Source: Escherichia coli
GTDB taxonomy: Bacteria; Pseudomonadota; Gammaproteobacteria; Enterobacterales; Enterobacteriaceae
DNA length: 64,000 bases
Assembly: GCA_005400705.1 (NCBI GenBank)
Contig: GCA_005400705.1_4079.1
Reading direction: 5' to 3' (one strand)
Position 1 is the first letter of the stretch. Every line of letters begins with the position of its first letter. A model generated the notes under the pieces. That model did not search any database. It had not been told where the DNA came from and was given only the letters and a program-made list of their open reading frames with translations. Shown piece after piece: positions 1 to 8,825 of this stretch. The position numbers and the translations under genes are program-made.

Positions 1-1570
1 GAACACCATCACCAGTAATTGGATGCCAATCTAGATAAGTTTCACGGTCAGCTTTATAGTACTGATATGTTCTATCAACTTCAATAACATATGCATACAT
101 ACCATCAACTGGTTCTTTAAAAACTTCCATATCATAAACAGTACTGAATACACGATACATATCAGTACGTTGGACTTGTGGAGTTTGTTTTACAAATTGT
201 TTAGAGTACTCTTCTGAACGAACCCAATCGGTTTGAAGATTCATTTCATTATTTTCATCAATAATGTTATAATAGTATAAACCATCAATTTCAACTTCTT
301 TCCCAAGATGGTCATAGGTATAACGTTGGGATTGTAAAAAGTTTTCATAAATGTAATAATTATAATCACCAAGTTCAATGTTATATCCATATACACTATC
401 AGTTGCATAGTTGTAATTTATTTTAAAACCAAACAACTCTGAACCTTTAAAGTTACTTGATGGATATGTAGTACTGTTGTCAAGTTTGATACCATTACGA
501 TCATAAAGTTGGAATTTAGGGAATATGTTAACACTAGTTTTTGATTGTGCACGAACCCACAAAGATCCATTCCAGTACATAGAACTATTACCATACTCAT
601 TACCTTTAGTGATTAGAACAACATCACCATCTTGAGGTTCACCACTTGGGCGTGATTCGGTTTCTTCTTCTGGATCTAGTGCTAAACCATAAACACGCGT
701 ACCATCTTGCATTTTTTTCACATATACATTATAAATTCTATTGTTTTCACCATTGTTACCAATACTGGTGAATAGAATACGCATTCCATCTTGCGGAATA
801 ATACCATCAATACGTATACCACTATTAATATCTTTTTGAACGATATCTTCAGGTTTAATAATATCAGAGAACAGATCAACAGTTCCACGGAATTTTGTAC
901 CGTAGTTCATTAGCTCAATATTTTTATTATATTCAATAATTGGTGCACGTGCACGAATAAAACGTGAATCTTGCATTAATTCTTCAGTTAATATTGAGCC
1001 ATCTTCTAATGTTTCACCTAAAGTATACCAAAAGTTTTGTAGTGACCATGTATTACCATTAAGTGCTCCACGTTCCATTACAATGTAATCAGGTGAAGTA
1101 ATATTATAAGAGTTTTTAGTATCCCAAAGATATGAGCTAAAATTGTTCATTTTATTTGGGTTAATAGCTGGAGTCCATGCATAAAACTTACCGTTGAACA
1201 AACGGCTTTCATTATCGGTTAGTGCTCCATAATGATTCATGTATCCAACTAGATCATCATAAAATTGAATTGAACGAATTGTCGAATCATCATTTTTTGA
1301 GACGTAAGCAGTGGACAACTGATAAAGTTGACGTGCTACAGTACTTTCATGTAAGAAGATATTACCAGCAGCGGCAGGAGAACCCATATCACCAATATAG
1401 CCGTCAACTAATTCGTTTTCAGCCGGATTAAACCATTGTTGAATAACATCATCACTGACTTTTTGAATATCTTCTAAGCCTTGCATCCACTCAGGCAATC
1501 TTTTAATAAAAAGCTTCTTCTGTACTGCTTCAGCCATCTGTGTAGGTTGAAACTTAAAATTATTAGTCAT
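1..1570 (-). CDS. virion structural protein of baseplate/tail module (partial; C-terminus lies beyond window start)
   Basis: Hand-translated open minus-strand frame from ATG at 1568-1570 to window edge without stop (MTNNFKFQPTQMAEAVQKKLF...); GGAG about 10 nt upstream; contiguous and co-oriented with baseplate genes; absent from ORF track because truncated. Confidence 0.6.
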   Translation of the reverse strand, partial: MTNNFKFQPTQMAEAVQKKLFIKRLPEWMQGLEDIQKVSDDVIQQWFNPAENELVDGYIGDMGSPAAAGNIFLHESTVARQLYQLSTAYVSKNDDSTIRSIQFYDDLVGYMNHYGALTDNESRLFNGKFYAWTPAINPNKMNNFSSYLWDTKNSYNITSPDYIVMERGALNGNTWSLQNFWYTLGETLEDGSILTEELMQDSRFIRARAPIIEYNKNIELMNYGTKFRGTVDLFSDIIKPEDIVQKDINSGIRIDGIIPQDGMRILFTSIGNNGENNRIYNVYVKKMQDGTRVYGLALDPEEETESRPSGEPQDGDVVLITKGNEYGNSSMYWNGSLWVRAQSKTSVNIFPKFQLYDRNGIKLDNSTTYPSSNFKGSELFGFKINYNYATDSVYGYNIELGDYNYYIYENFLQSQRYTYDHLGKEVEIDGLYYYNIIDENNEMNLQTDWVRSEEYSKQFVKQTPQVQRTDMYRVFSTVYDMEVFKEPVDGMYAYVIEVDRTYQYYKADRETYLDWHPITGDGV

Positions 1571-1616
1571 TTTTGGACTCCATATAATTCGTTCATTCAT
1601 TTGATTTATTTATGAT

Positions 1617-1643
1617 ATAAAAAAGGCGTTCCGAAGAACGCCC
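1617..1643 (-). terminator. rho-independent terminator after the 1153-aa baseplate gene
   Basis: GGCGTTC-cgaa-GAACGCC hairpin followed on minus strand by T-run (plus-strand A-run 1619-1624). Confidence 0.6.
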
Positions 1644-1649
1644 GTTATA

Positions 1650-4600
1650 TTAAGAACCGATATTAATATTACTTTTAGCTAGTGAGTTAACAATTTGAAC
1701 ATTTTCAACAGATGCAGTACTCAAAAATATTTGGTCTGAACGTGAAGGGATTTCAAATAGAGAGCCAAATTTTGAATTTGGATTTTGTGCAACTATAACA
1801 ATGGTACTAATATGTCTACCTAACTGTGAGTGTATGTAAGTACACAAATCAGTATAATAGAAACTTTCACCGAAATCCCAGTTATCAACATTGAAGTATT
1901 CATTAGTTAATGCTATAACATTTTGACGAATTTCATCGTCACTCATTGTGCTGTTTGGTAATTTCACTACTTTAAAATCAGCTTTGTAATCTTCAGCAGC
2001 ACTGTTGCCAAATAAAGGTAAGTACTCAGCACTATGCCAAATAATACTATCACTAATGACTATTTTTTGTTCAACATCTTTGAACATATCTTTCAATTCA
2101 ACCGATGTAGGTGGTTTAGGAATACTACCAACAGCATTATTTTTCAACCAAACGTCAACTTCAGTTTTATATGAATTGGTTAATACATACATATCAATTA
2201 AGTTTGTTCTACTAGGATCAATGCGATTGTCGTCAGGTGCATAGTGTTTCCAATGGAAGTCTATACTAGTACGTGCATTAGTTTTAACAGTGTACTGTGA
2301 AGTAACATCTTTGTATCCATAATAATCTAGCTTCTGATTCTCGTCAGCATTAGTTCCCATGTTATTAATTGCACGATAAAAAGCCAATTCAGGACTAACA
2401 GTGCCAGTATCATCGGAATAAGTTAAATTACTAATTAGCTGTCCTAAACGATCATTGTTATTACCAACTGTTTGTTCAATAAAATAATATTTACCATCAT
2501 AGTTAAAACCAACTAAAAATCCAGAACCTTTACTATATAATCCACTCAATGTGGTTGAACGAATTGCGTTATTTCTAACAAATTCAGTTCTTTTATATGC
2601 ATTCGGCTCTGCCAAGGCTTGTTCCATTGTATAAGACCACGATGAATCAAGAAGTGTGAAGGTATCATTTGGTAACGACAGTACTGATATAGTGAAATCA
2701 CTATTTTCCTGAAATACCAAAATACCACCATATTTTAATGCATCGGTTCCAGTCCAAGTAGGAACAATTTCTTTAAATTGGTTTGGTTCCAATGGTATAC
2801 CATTACTATCTACTTTCCTAGATGTAACAATAACACGAGAACCATCTAGATAGCCATTCTCTTGTTGAATTGTGTCATAAATTTGAAAATCTATATTACT
2901 TGTCAATCCTGAATTACTACTACTAGTAGTGTTAGATGATAAAATTTCAATCTTATCACTTTGAACTGTACCAGTACTAATATCAGTAATTTTTTTAGAT
3001 GATACAAAGTAAAATCTTACTTTTTCTCCACCCACAAAAATATATTCAATACCGTTAGCATCAAATTCCCAAGTTTCTGCTGTATATTTTACATTAATTA
3101 TAATTAAAACTTCATTTCCATTATATACAATAGTATCATCATTGGTACTTACTTCAATAGGAACCCATGATGTCGTTTCTTTGTCATGTACAATAACAAA
3201 ATCAGTTTTTTTATCTAGCATAGCAGAAATTGCTTGAACTTCAACCGAGTTAAATCTAGTTCTATATGGTAAAATGTACTCTATGGCTTGCATTCCACTT
3301 GGAACCGATGTACTCAGTACATAAAATCCATTATCCAATACACTAACTACACTAGCCCATATAGTAGTTCCAGAATTAGAAAATTTAATTAGAGTACCAA
3401 CCTGATATGAACCATAAACTGTACCAGATGAACCCAAAATTCTACCATATGTGTTAGTTGTATAATTTGAATTGTATACCGGAGTCCATGCTTGTTGTAT
3501 TTCAATACCAATTGTATTTGATGGAAACGCTTGGTAACGTTGTATTACCGCATTTTCACCAATCAATGGTTGAATATTGTCAATAACAATACTAGCATTT
3601 GTTTTTGTAGTTGGTAGCAATAATGATCTATTAAATTGTGTGTTTTCTTGATATAATGCACCATCATCACTAAAAACATCGGTATTTTGATACTTACCAG
3701 TAGGATCATTAATATCAATAAATCTTGATTGTCCACTATAAATTCTATTAATAGCTTTAGATTTAAGTACAGTATTGCCTAAACTAAGTGGTGCAATATT
3801 ATAATCTTCACCATTGACAAAACGGTTTTGTGTATAGTACATTTGTGGTGCACGTGCTTTAATCTGCTCAATAGTCTCTGCACTTTGTGCACGGTCGGAC
3901 TCATATTGTAATGAAAAACGTATATCCAATGTACTAGATTCATAACTTGACTGTGTTTTTGTACGATATGTATATTTTACGCTTTTATTTTGAATTTCAG
4001 AAGTTTTAATGTTATATGTTTTACCATTACTAACACGATACCATACACGGAACGTCCCACGGGGAACAACACCACTTCTTGAGTCTGGGTACTTAATTGT
4101 TATTTGGTCTTTATCACGAGTAGTAACAGCAAAAATTGTTTTTAATTGACGATTAACAGTGTTATATGCAATACTTTCCATTGATGGAACTTTTGTCCAT
4201 TTGGTACGAACAATACCATCTTCATTTATTTCTTGAACCCATACATCAGTTTCGTTGATATTATCAACGTTAATATCTTGTATACGGTTCTCTTCACGGA
4301 TAGCATATTGATAATCTTGATATGTCAATGTACCTTGTACGAAATATACAAAAAACCCAGTATTTGGTGAGCTAAATCCATTACCATCATTTTGATAAAC
4401 AATATATTTTTGCTCTTGTGGTTCTGGATGTCGTTCTTCAACACCAACAGACGTAATATCAGGATTCACTACTTCAAATGTCATAGATTCACCATTGACA
4501 GTTGCAACAAATGGAATACTGGGTGCTGTCATTGGGATGGTGTTCATTCGATATAGTTGGCGGGAGACACCATTAACATCAATACGCTTGACTGGATTAC

Positions 4601-5111
4601 CAAATTGGTTAGTACTGACAAATGAACTGTTCATTACTAGAATAAAGTTTTCATACCAGTTAGCATCCATCGGGTCATTCCAACGAATGATTTTATCTTT
4701 TAATGATTCATTAAAACTATTACGAACATCTTGGTTTGTTTTAATTTCGGTTAATTTAGCAACTGCACGACCTGGATATGAGCGGCGTGGTGAGTAAGAA
4801 ATCATTTTAGCTAGTTTTAGTACTGATGCACGACGAGTTGCAGTATCTAAAAAGTTTTCACGTGTGTTCAAATCCATACGAAATGCCAAGTTCTGACCTA
4901 GCATAGAAATCGTATCTAAAATAAAAATAAACTGGTCGTTTTCGATCCAGTCGTTGAATGAGTCTGGGTAAGTTGCACGTAGATAATCAATCATACTCTG
5001 ACGGATAGTATCGAAATCATAAGCTGTTAGATTGATTTTATAAAAACTTTCATATACTTGAGTCCAATCCTCACCACTATATAAATTAGACTGTCTTTTT
5101 TGTTGTGACAT
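1650..5111 (-). CDS. large baseplate wedge-like structural protein (gp6/gp7 class by size and position next to gp25-like gene)
   Basis: 1153-aa ORF directly downstream of gp25-like gene in late minus-strand cluster; product assignment is positional inference. Confidence 0.55.
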   Translation of the reverse strand: MSQQKRQSNLYSGEDWTQVYESFYKINLTAYDFDTIRQSMIDYLRATYPDSFNDWIENDQFIFILDTISMLGQNLAFRMDLNTRENFLDTATRRASVLKLAKMISYSPRRSYPGRAVAKLTEIKTNQDVRNSFNESLKDKIIRWNDPMDANWYENFILVMNSSFVSTNQFGNPVKRIDVNGVSRQLYRMNTIPMTAPSIPFVATVNGESMTFEVVNPDITSVGVEERHPEPQEQKYIVYQNDGNGFSSPNTGFFVYFVQGTLTYQDYQYAIREENRIQDINVDNINETDVWVQEINEDGIVRTKWTKVPSMESIAYNTVNRQLKTIFAVTTRDKDQITIKYPDSRSGVVPRGTFRVWYRVSNGKTYNIKTSEIQNKSVKYTYRTKTQSSYESSTLDIRFSLQYESDRAQSAETIEQIKARAPQMYYTQNRFVNGEDYNIAPLSLGNTVLKSKAINRIYSGQSRFIDINDPTGKYQNTDVFSDDGALYQENTQFNRSLLLPTTKTNASIVIDNIQPLIGENAVIQRYQAFPSNTIGIEIQQAWTPVYNSNYTTNTYGRILGSSGTVYGSYQVGTLIKFSNSGTTIWASVVSVLDNGFYVLSTSVPSGMQAIEYILPYRTRFNSVEVQAISAMLDKKTDFVIVHDKETTSWVPIEVSTNDDTIVYNGNEVLIIINVKYTAETWEFDANGIEYIFVGGEKVRFYFVSSKKITDISTGTVQSDKIEILSSNTTSSSNSGLTSNIDFQIYDTIQQENGYLDGSRVIVTSRKVDSNGIPLEPNQFKEIVPTWTGTDALKYGGILVFQENSDFTISVLSLPNDTFTLLDSSWSYTMEQALAEPNAYKRTEFVRNNAIRSTTLSGLYSKGSGFLVGFNYDGKYYFIEQTVGNNNDRLGQLISNLTYSDDTGTVSPELAFYRAINNMGTNADENQKLDYYGYKDVTSQYTVKTNARTSIDFHWKHYAPDDNRIDPSRTNLIDMYVLTNSYKTEVDVWLKNNAVGSIPKPPTSVELKDMFKDVEQKIVISDSIIWHSAEYLPLFGNSAAEDYKADFKVVKLPNSTMSDDEIRQNVIALTNEYFNVDNWDFGESFYYTDLCTYIHSQLGRHISTIVIVAQNPNSKFGSLFEIPSRSDQIFLSTASVENVQIVNSLAKSNINIGS

Positions 5112-5185
5112 AATTTATTCCTTTAAATCAGTAAAGTACTAGATCAGTACTGGGAATTATATATAGAAATATTTATTCAAAAAGA

Positions 5186-5207
5186 AAAGCACTCCGAAGA
5201 GTGCTTT
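5186..5207. terminator. hairpin terminator (likely bidirectional) between gp25-like and large wedge genes
   Basis: AAAGCACTC-cgaa-GAGTGCTTT hairpin; T-rich tracts on both sides. Confidence 0.5.
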
Positions 5208-5212
5208 TATAA

Positions 5213-5608
5213 TTATAAAGACGAAACTGAATATGTTGCCATTCGATTATTACTTCTTGCATCAAATACTATAGTAAGTTCTTCTAATGCGTCCAATACT
5301 ACGTACTGTAATACAATATTCATTTGGTATCCATATTCTATTCTTGAAATTTGTAATTTTTTAAGATTTAAACGTGGGTCTAAGCTAATTATTCTACGGG
5401 CATCTGCTTCTAAAAGGTTGATAGTATTATAACCTTCCAATTCAAATAGCAAATCCCATGCAATAAACCCATAGTCAGCATCAAATGCTCGTTCACCTTT
5501 TTTTGTATTGAAATGATTCATTAAATCTTGGCGAACCAATTCACTATCATACAATGTTTCAGTTCTACCAACTACAGGGGTAGAAAACCCTTTAAAAACA
5601 ACTGCCAT
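5213..5608 (-). CDS. gp25: baseplate wedge protein, gp25/GPW family
   Basis: 131 aa, similar in size to T4 gp25 (recalled as about 132 aa); motif pattern ...KGERAFDADYGF...LFE... resembles gp25/P2 gpW family; located between lysozyme and large wedge gene. Confidence 0.65.
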   Translation of the reverse strand: MAVVFKGFSTPVVGRTETLYDSELVRQDLMNHFNTKKGERAFDADYGFIAWDLLFELEGYNTINLLEADARRIISLDPRLNLKKLQISRIEYGYQMNIVLQYVVLDALEELTIVFDARSNNRMATYSVSSL

Positions 5609-5623
5609 TGTCTATTTCCTTTA

Positions 5624-6112
5624 TTATACGGATTCAACGATACGTGCCATCTTTTCCGCTCGTGAAGTGGTTTGTTTATACCATGTACTATCACGCAATT
5701 CTTTACCAGCAGTTTTGTAATCAGCTTTACCTAATGCGGTCATTGCTTTTTTAAATTTCAAAACTTTGGTTTTTCCCATTTGGAATACCATTAACCATAA
5801 TACACGTTGTACCTGTACTGGTGCAGTCATACCGAATTGTTCATAAATTGATTTTGCATCATTGTACGCAGTTTGAGCATCTTTGAGAAGAAGTTGGTCA
5901 GCTTGAGCTTCGGTCAAACCATTCTTGAAATTTTCACCAGGAAGAACTAGATGACCATAACCAATAGTATCAAGACCTAAACTGTCTTTATATACCCAAA
6001 ACTTATCATTTTTAAAATAACCAAGTTTTTTCTGATAAGCAATAGTTCCTTCAAATTCTTTAATTTCCTTAAAAAATTGCTCATCTGTATTTTTAATTTC
6101 CCATTTACTCAT
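5624..6112 (-). CDS. T4-type lysozyme (glycoside hydrolase family 24), probable endolysin
   Basis: 162 aa; catalytic-region motif EFEGT...YKDSLGLDTIGYGH, MVFQMG, WYKQT..RAEK match T4 lysozyme E/D/T triad layout; RBS GAGGA. Confidence 0.85.
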   Translation of the reverse strand: MSKWEIKNTDEQFFKEIKEFEGTIAYQKKLGYFKNDKFWVYKDSLGLDTIGYGHLVLPGENFKNGLTEAQADQLLLKDAQTAYNDAKSIYEQFGMTAPVQVQRVLWLMVFQMGKTKVLKFKKAMTALGKADYKTAGKELRDSTWYKQTTSRAEKMARIVESV

Positions 6113-6128
6113 AAAGATATCCTCGTTT

Positions 6129-6136
6129 TATTTATA
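6129..6136 (-). promoter_or_regulatory. T4-type late promoter element TATAAATA upstream of lysozyme gene
   Basis: plus-strand tatttata = minus-strand TATAAATA, located between gp5-like stop and lysozyme start. Confidence 0.5.
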
Positions 6137-6148
6137 GTGCTAAAATAT

Positions 6149-8812
6149 TTATTGACATGCCTCCAAACGACGAGCCATTAACTCCGCACGGCGTGTGGTT
6201 TGGCGATACCAAGCAGAATTACGGATTTGTGCCGCTGCTTGTTTGTAATTACCTTTTGCCATTTCTGATAACATAGTTTTAAATTTCAATACACCACCTT
6301 TACCCATCTGAAATACCATTTGGCATAGTACTTGTTGAGCAAGATAAGGAGTTTTCATGTTATATGATGCATAAATTGATTTGGCATCATAAATTGCTTT
6401 ACTACTATCACGAACTAACATATCGTTGGCTTGCTGTTCAGTTATTCCATCTGAAAAGTTTTCACCACTAATAATCAAGTGACCATAACCAATAGTTGGA
6501 TACCCACGACTATCCAAATAACGCCAGAATTTACCATTACGATAATATCCTTTTGCTTGTTGGTATTGTAATGTACCTTCATATTCTTTTAATTCAGAAA
6601 TAAACTGTGCATCACCTGGAACAACTTTCCAATCGATTGCAGTTTTATCAACATTTCCAATATTATAGGTAGGTTGCTCCACCGGAGTTGTTGAAGCTCC
6701 ACTTCTCTGTGTTCTTCTCCTACGAGGCACATGACGAGAACCACGTTGAGAATATCCAGTACCTATCGTTTTGATTTTTGTTGTAACTACCAATTCATCA
6801 CTATCAACTGAAGGTTGTACAACTGCTTTTGGAGCAGATTGATTAGTTGCTTGACCACCAATTAATGTTTTATTCGCCGCATCAGACCCTGTTCCTGTTT
6901 GTGAAGCATAAAATAATCCTGGGTCAACAGAACCACTGAATCCAAGAACATTTGCTGATGTAACACGAATTTCAAACTGTATGACACCATTTGCTTTTCC
7001 AACAACTTGACCTTTTTGAACAACATCTTTGTTTAATAAATCAGATTGAATATTATAAAAAATAGATTTATATCCAGACTTATGTTGTATTAAAAGAGCA
7101 CCATTAGTAATTACTACCACACCACCATCTGGTGCAACTACATCACCTTTACATTGTATTTCCCAACCTGAACGGTCTGCCTTTCCTCCACTTTGTGTTG
7201 GAACACCTTTCCCCCAGTAACCATATTGTCGAATAGTACCGCTACATGGCATTAACATATGTAAACCTTCATATGTAATACTATATCCAGTCATCCCAGG
7301 ATCAGATGTCATCAAATCTTGTGATTGAACTTGTTCAGTTTCTGATGTATAGTTAACAAACTGAACAGCTTCAGTGTCTTGTGCTACGGGTAATTCTGGT
7401 GATACATCATTTGCTGGTTGTGGTTGTACTGGTGATTCACTAGAACCACTTCCACCACCTTGTCTTGGTGGTTCAACATAACTACCATGATTTTCAGCGT
7501 TAACCCATGCAGCAATATCATGAATGTGTTCATTAAGACCAGCAGATGGTGTTCTAAAGTTTGGTGCAGTAAATTCAGCAGTACCGCTATTACCACCACT
7601 ATTAACTGTTAATGTTTGACCACCACCACTAATAATTGCTGATGATGATCCAATTAGGTTTGCAGATGTTGCGGCAGAAATAGAAGCATTTGAACCAGCC
7701 GTAATATCAGTACTGCTACCACTTTGCATACGTAATGATGCAGCAGTAACTAAACGAAGGTCTGCCCCAGAATTAACAACAACTTGACCACCAACTTTTG
7801 CATCAAGAGCACCAATTAGATCTAATTTAGTATTTGCACCAACTCGTGCATTGAAATCTTGTCCGGTTTCAATATTATATGAACGTCCAGCAGTAATATT
7901 AATATCTTGACCAGCACGAATATTAATATTCTTATCACAGTGCATGTCAATATCACCTTCACCAGTGAATTTTATACGTGCAGTGCCATCACGGTTAATT
8001 AAAAGAACATCACCAGTAGCTTCTGATAAAAGAAGTTGTGCACCACTACGTGTTTTTATTACGACACCTTCATTTTTACGAGAACCAACACGTGTATCGT
8101 TTACTGGGTTATTAAATTGTGTATCTTGATATCCATCTGGGTCTTGATCCCACGTTGGTGCTGTTAATTCCTCTTCAGTATATCCATCATCAATAATAAA
8201 ACTATTACCACGTGGCGAAGACATACCATATACAGTACTGGTGGTTTGACGAGTACTACTACGATTCGCCAACCCAGCTTCTTCGTCATATAAAAGGTTT
8301 TGCTTTTTAAGACCTGCGATAATTGGAACGTTAGCATATTTGTCTTGCATATCGGTAGTGATAGTGTTACGATCATAGTCAGTAACAGGAAGTGGCATAT
8401 CAGTTCCACCATAATTACTTACTTCAGTTGCCATACCAGGAACCATAGTATTCATACGCTGGTCATATACACAACCAATCCAATATGCTTGGAATGTACG
8501 GGCTTGTGCAAAAATTACAACAACTGTACACCCTACATCTGGTGGTACTGCCCAAAAACCATATCCTTTTGGATATTGACCATATGCATCAGCACTTGGA
8601 ATACCTGGTGTTTTGCCAGCAAAAGGAGACATGTAAGATGCTTCTATCCATGATTCTTTTGAGTTTTTATCACTTTGAGAACCTTGTATCCAAACTTTCA
8701 GTTTTCCTGATTTAGTTGGATCTCTGTTATCCATAACAGTTGCTAACTGCGGATAAGATGGGTCAAAACGACCCAACTGCTGTTGTGCATACTTTTTACT
8801 TGTATCTGCCAT
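6149..8812 (-). CDS. gp5: baseplate central spike/hub protein (gp5-like) with beta-helix repeats, M23-like region and C-terminal T4-type lysozyme domain
   Basis: 887 aa; N-terminus resembles gp5 OB-fold region; central repetitive V/G/S/T-rich beta-helix-like repeats; C-terminal 150 aa paralogous to adjacent free lysozyme (EYEGT...PTIGYGH, MVFQMG, WYRQT). Confidence 0.8.
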   Translation of the reverse strand: MADTSKKYAQQQLGRFDPSYPQLATVMDNRDPTKSGKLKVWIQGSQSDKNSKESWIEASYMSPFAGKTPGIPSADAYGQYPKGYGFWAVPPDVGCTVVVIFAQARTFQAYWIGCVYDQRMNTMVPGMATEVSNYGGTDMPLPVTDYDRNTITTDMQDKYANVPIIAGLKKQNLLYDEEAGLANRSSTRQTTSTVYGMSSPRGNSFIIDDGYTEEELTAPTWDQDPDGYQDTQFNNPVNDTRVGSRKNEGVVIKTRSGAQLLLSEATGDVLLINRDGTARIKFTGEGDIDMHCDKNINIRAGQDINITAGRSYNIETGQDFNARVGANTKLDLIGALDAKVGGQVVVNSGADLRLVTAASLRMQSGSSTDITAGSNASISAATSANLIGSSSAIISGGGQTLTVNSGGNSGTAEFTAPNFRTPSAGLNEHIHDIAAWVNAENHGSYVEPPRQGGGSGSSESPVQPQPANDVSPELPVAQDTEAVQFVNYTSETEQVQSQDLMTSDPGMTGYSITYEGLHMLMPCSGTIRQYGYWGKGVPTQSGGKADRSGWEIQCKGDVVAPDGGVVVITNGALLIQHKSGYKSIFYNIQSDLLNKDVVQKGQVVGKANGVIQFEIRVTSANVLGFSGSVDPGLFYASQTGTGSDAANKTLIGGQATNQSAPKAVVQPSVDSDELVVTTKIKTIGTGYSQRGSRHVPRRRRTQRSGASTTPVEQPTYNIGNVDKTAIDWKVVPGDAQFISELKEYEGTLQYQQAKGYYRNGKFWRYLDSRGYPTIGYGHLIISGENFSDGITEQQANDMLVRDSSKAIYDAKSIYASYNMKTPYLAQQVLCQMVFQMGKGGVLKFKTMLSEMAKGNYKQAAAQIRNSAWYRQTTRRAELMARRLEACQ

Positions 8813-8825
8813 AATATTTTATTCC

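Noticed and set aside
2005-2244. Short antisense track ORFs nested in large genes (e.g. 2005-2244, 4495-4797, 7384-7599, 8300-8653, 19109-19609, 24276-24767)
   Set aside because: Embedded opposite or out of frame within well-supported long genes, no RBS, low-complexity translations; judged spurious
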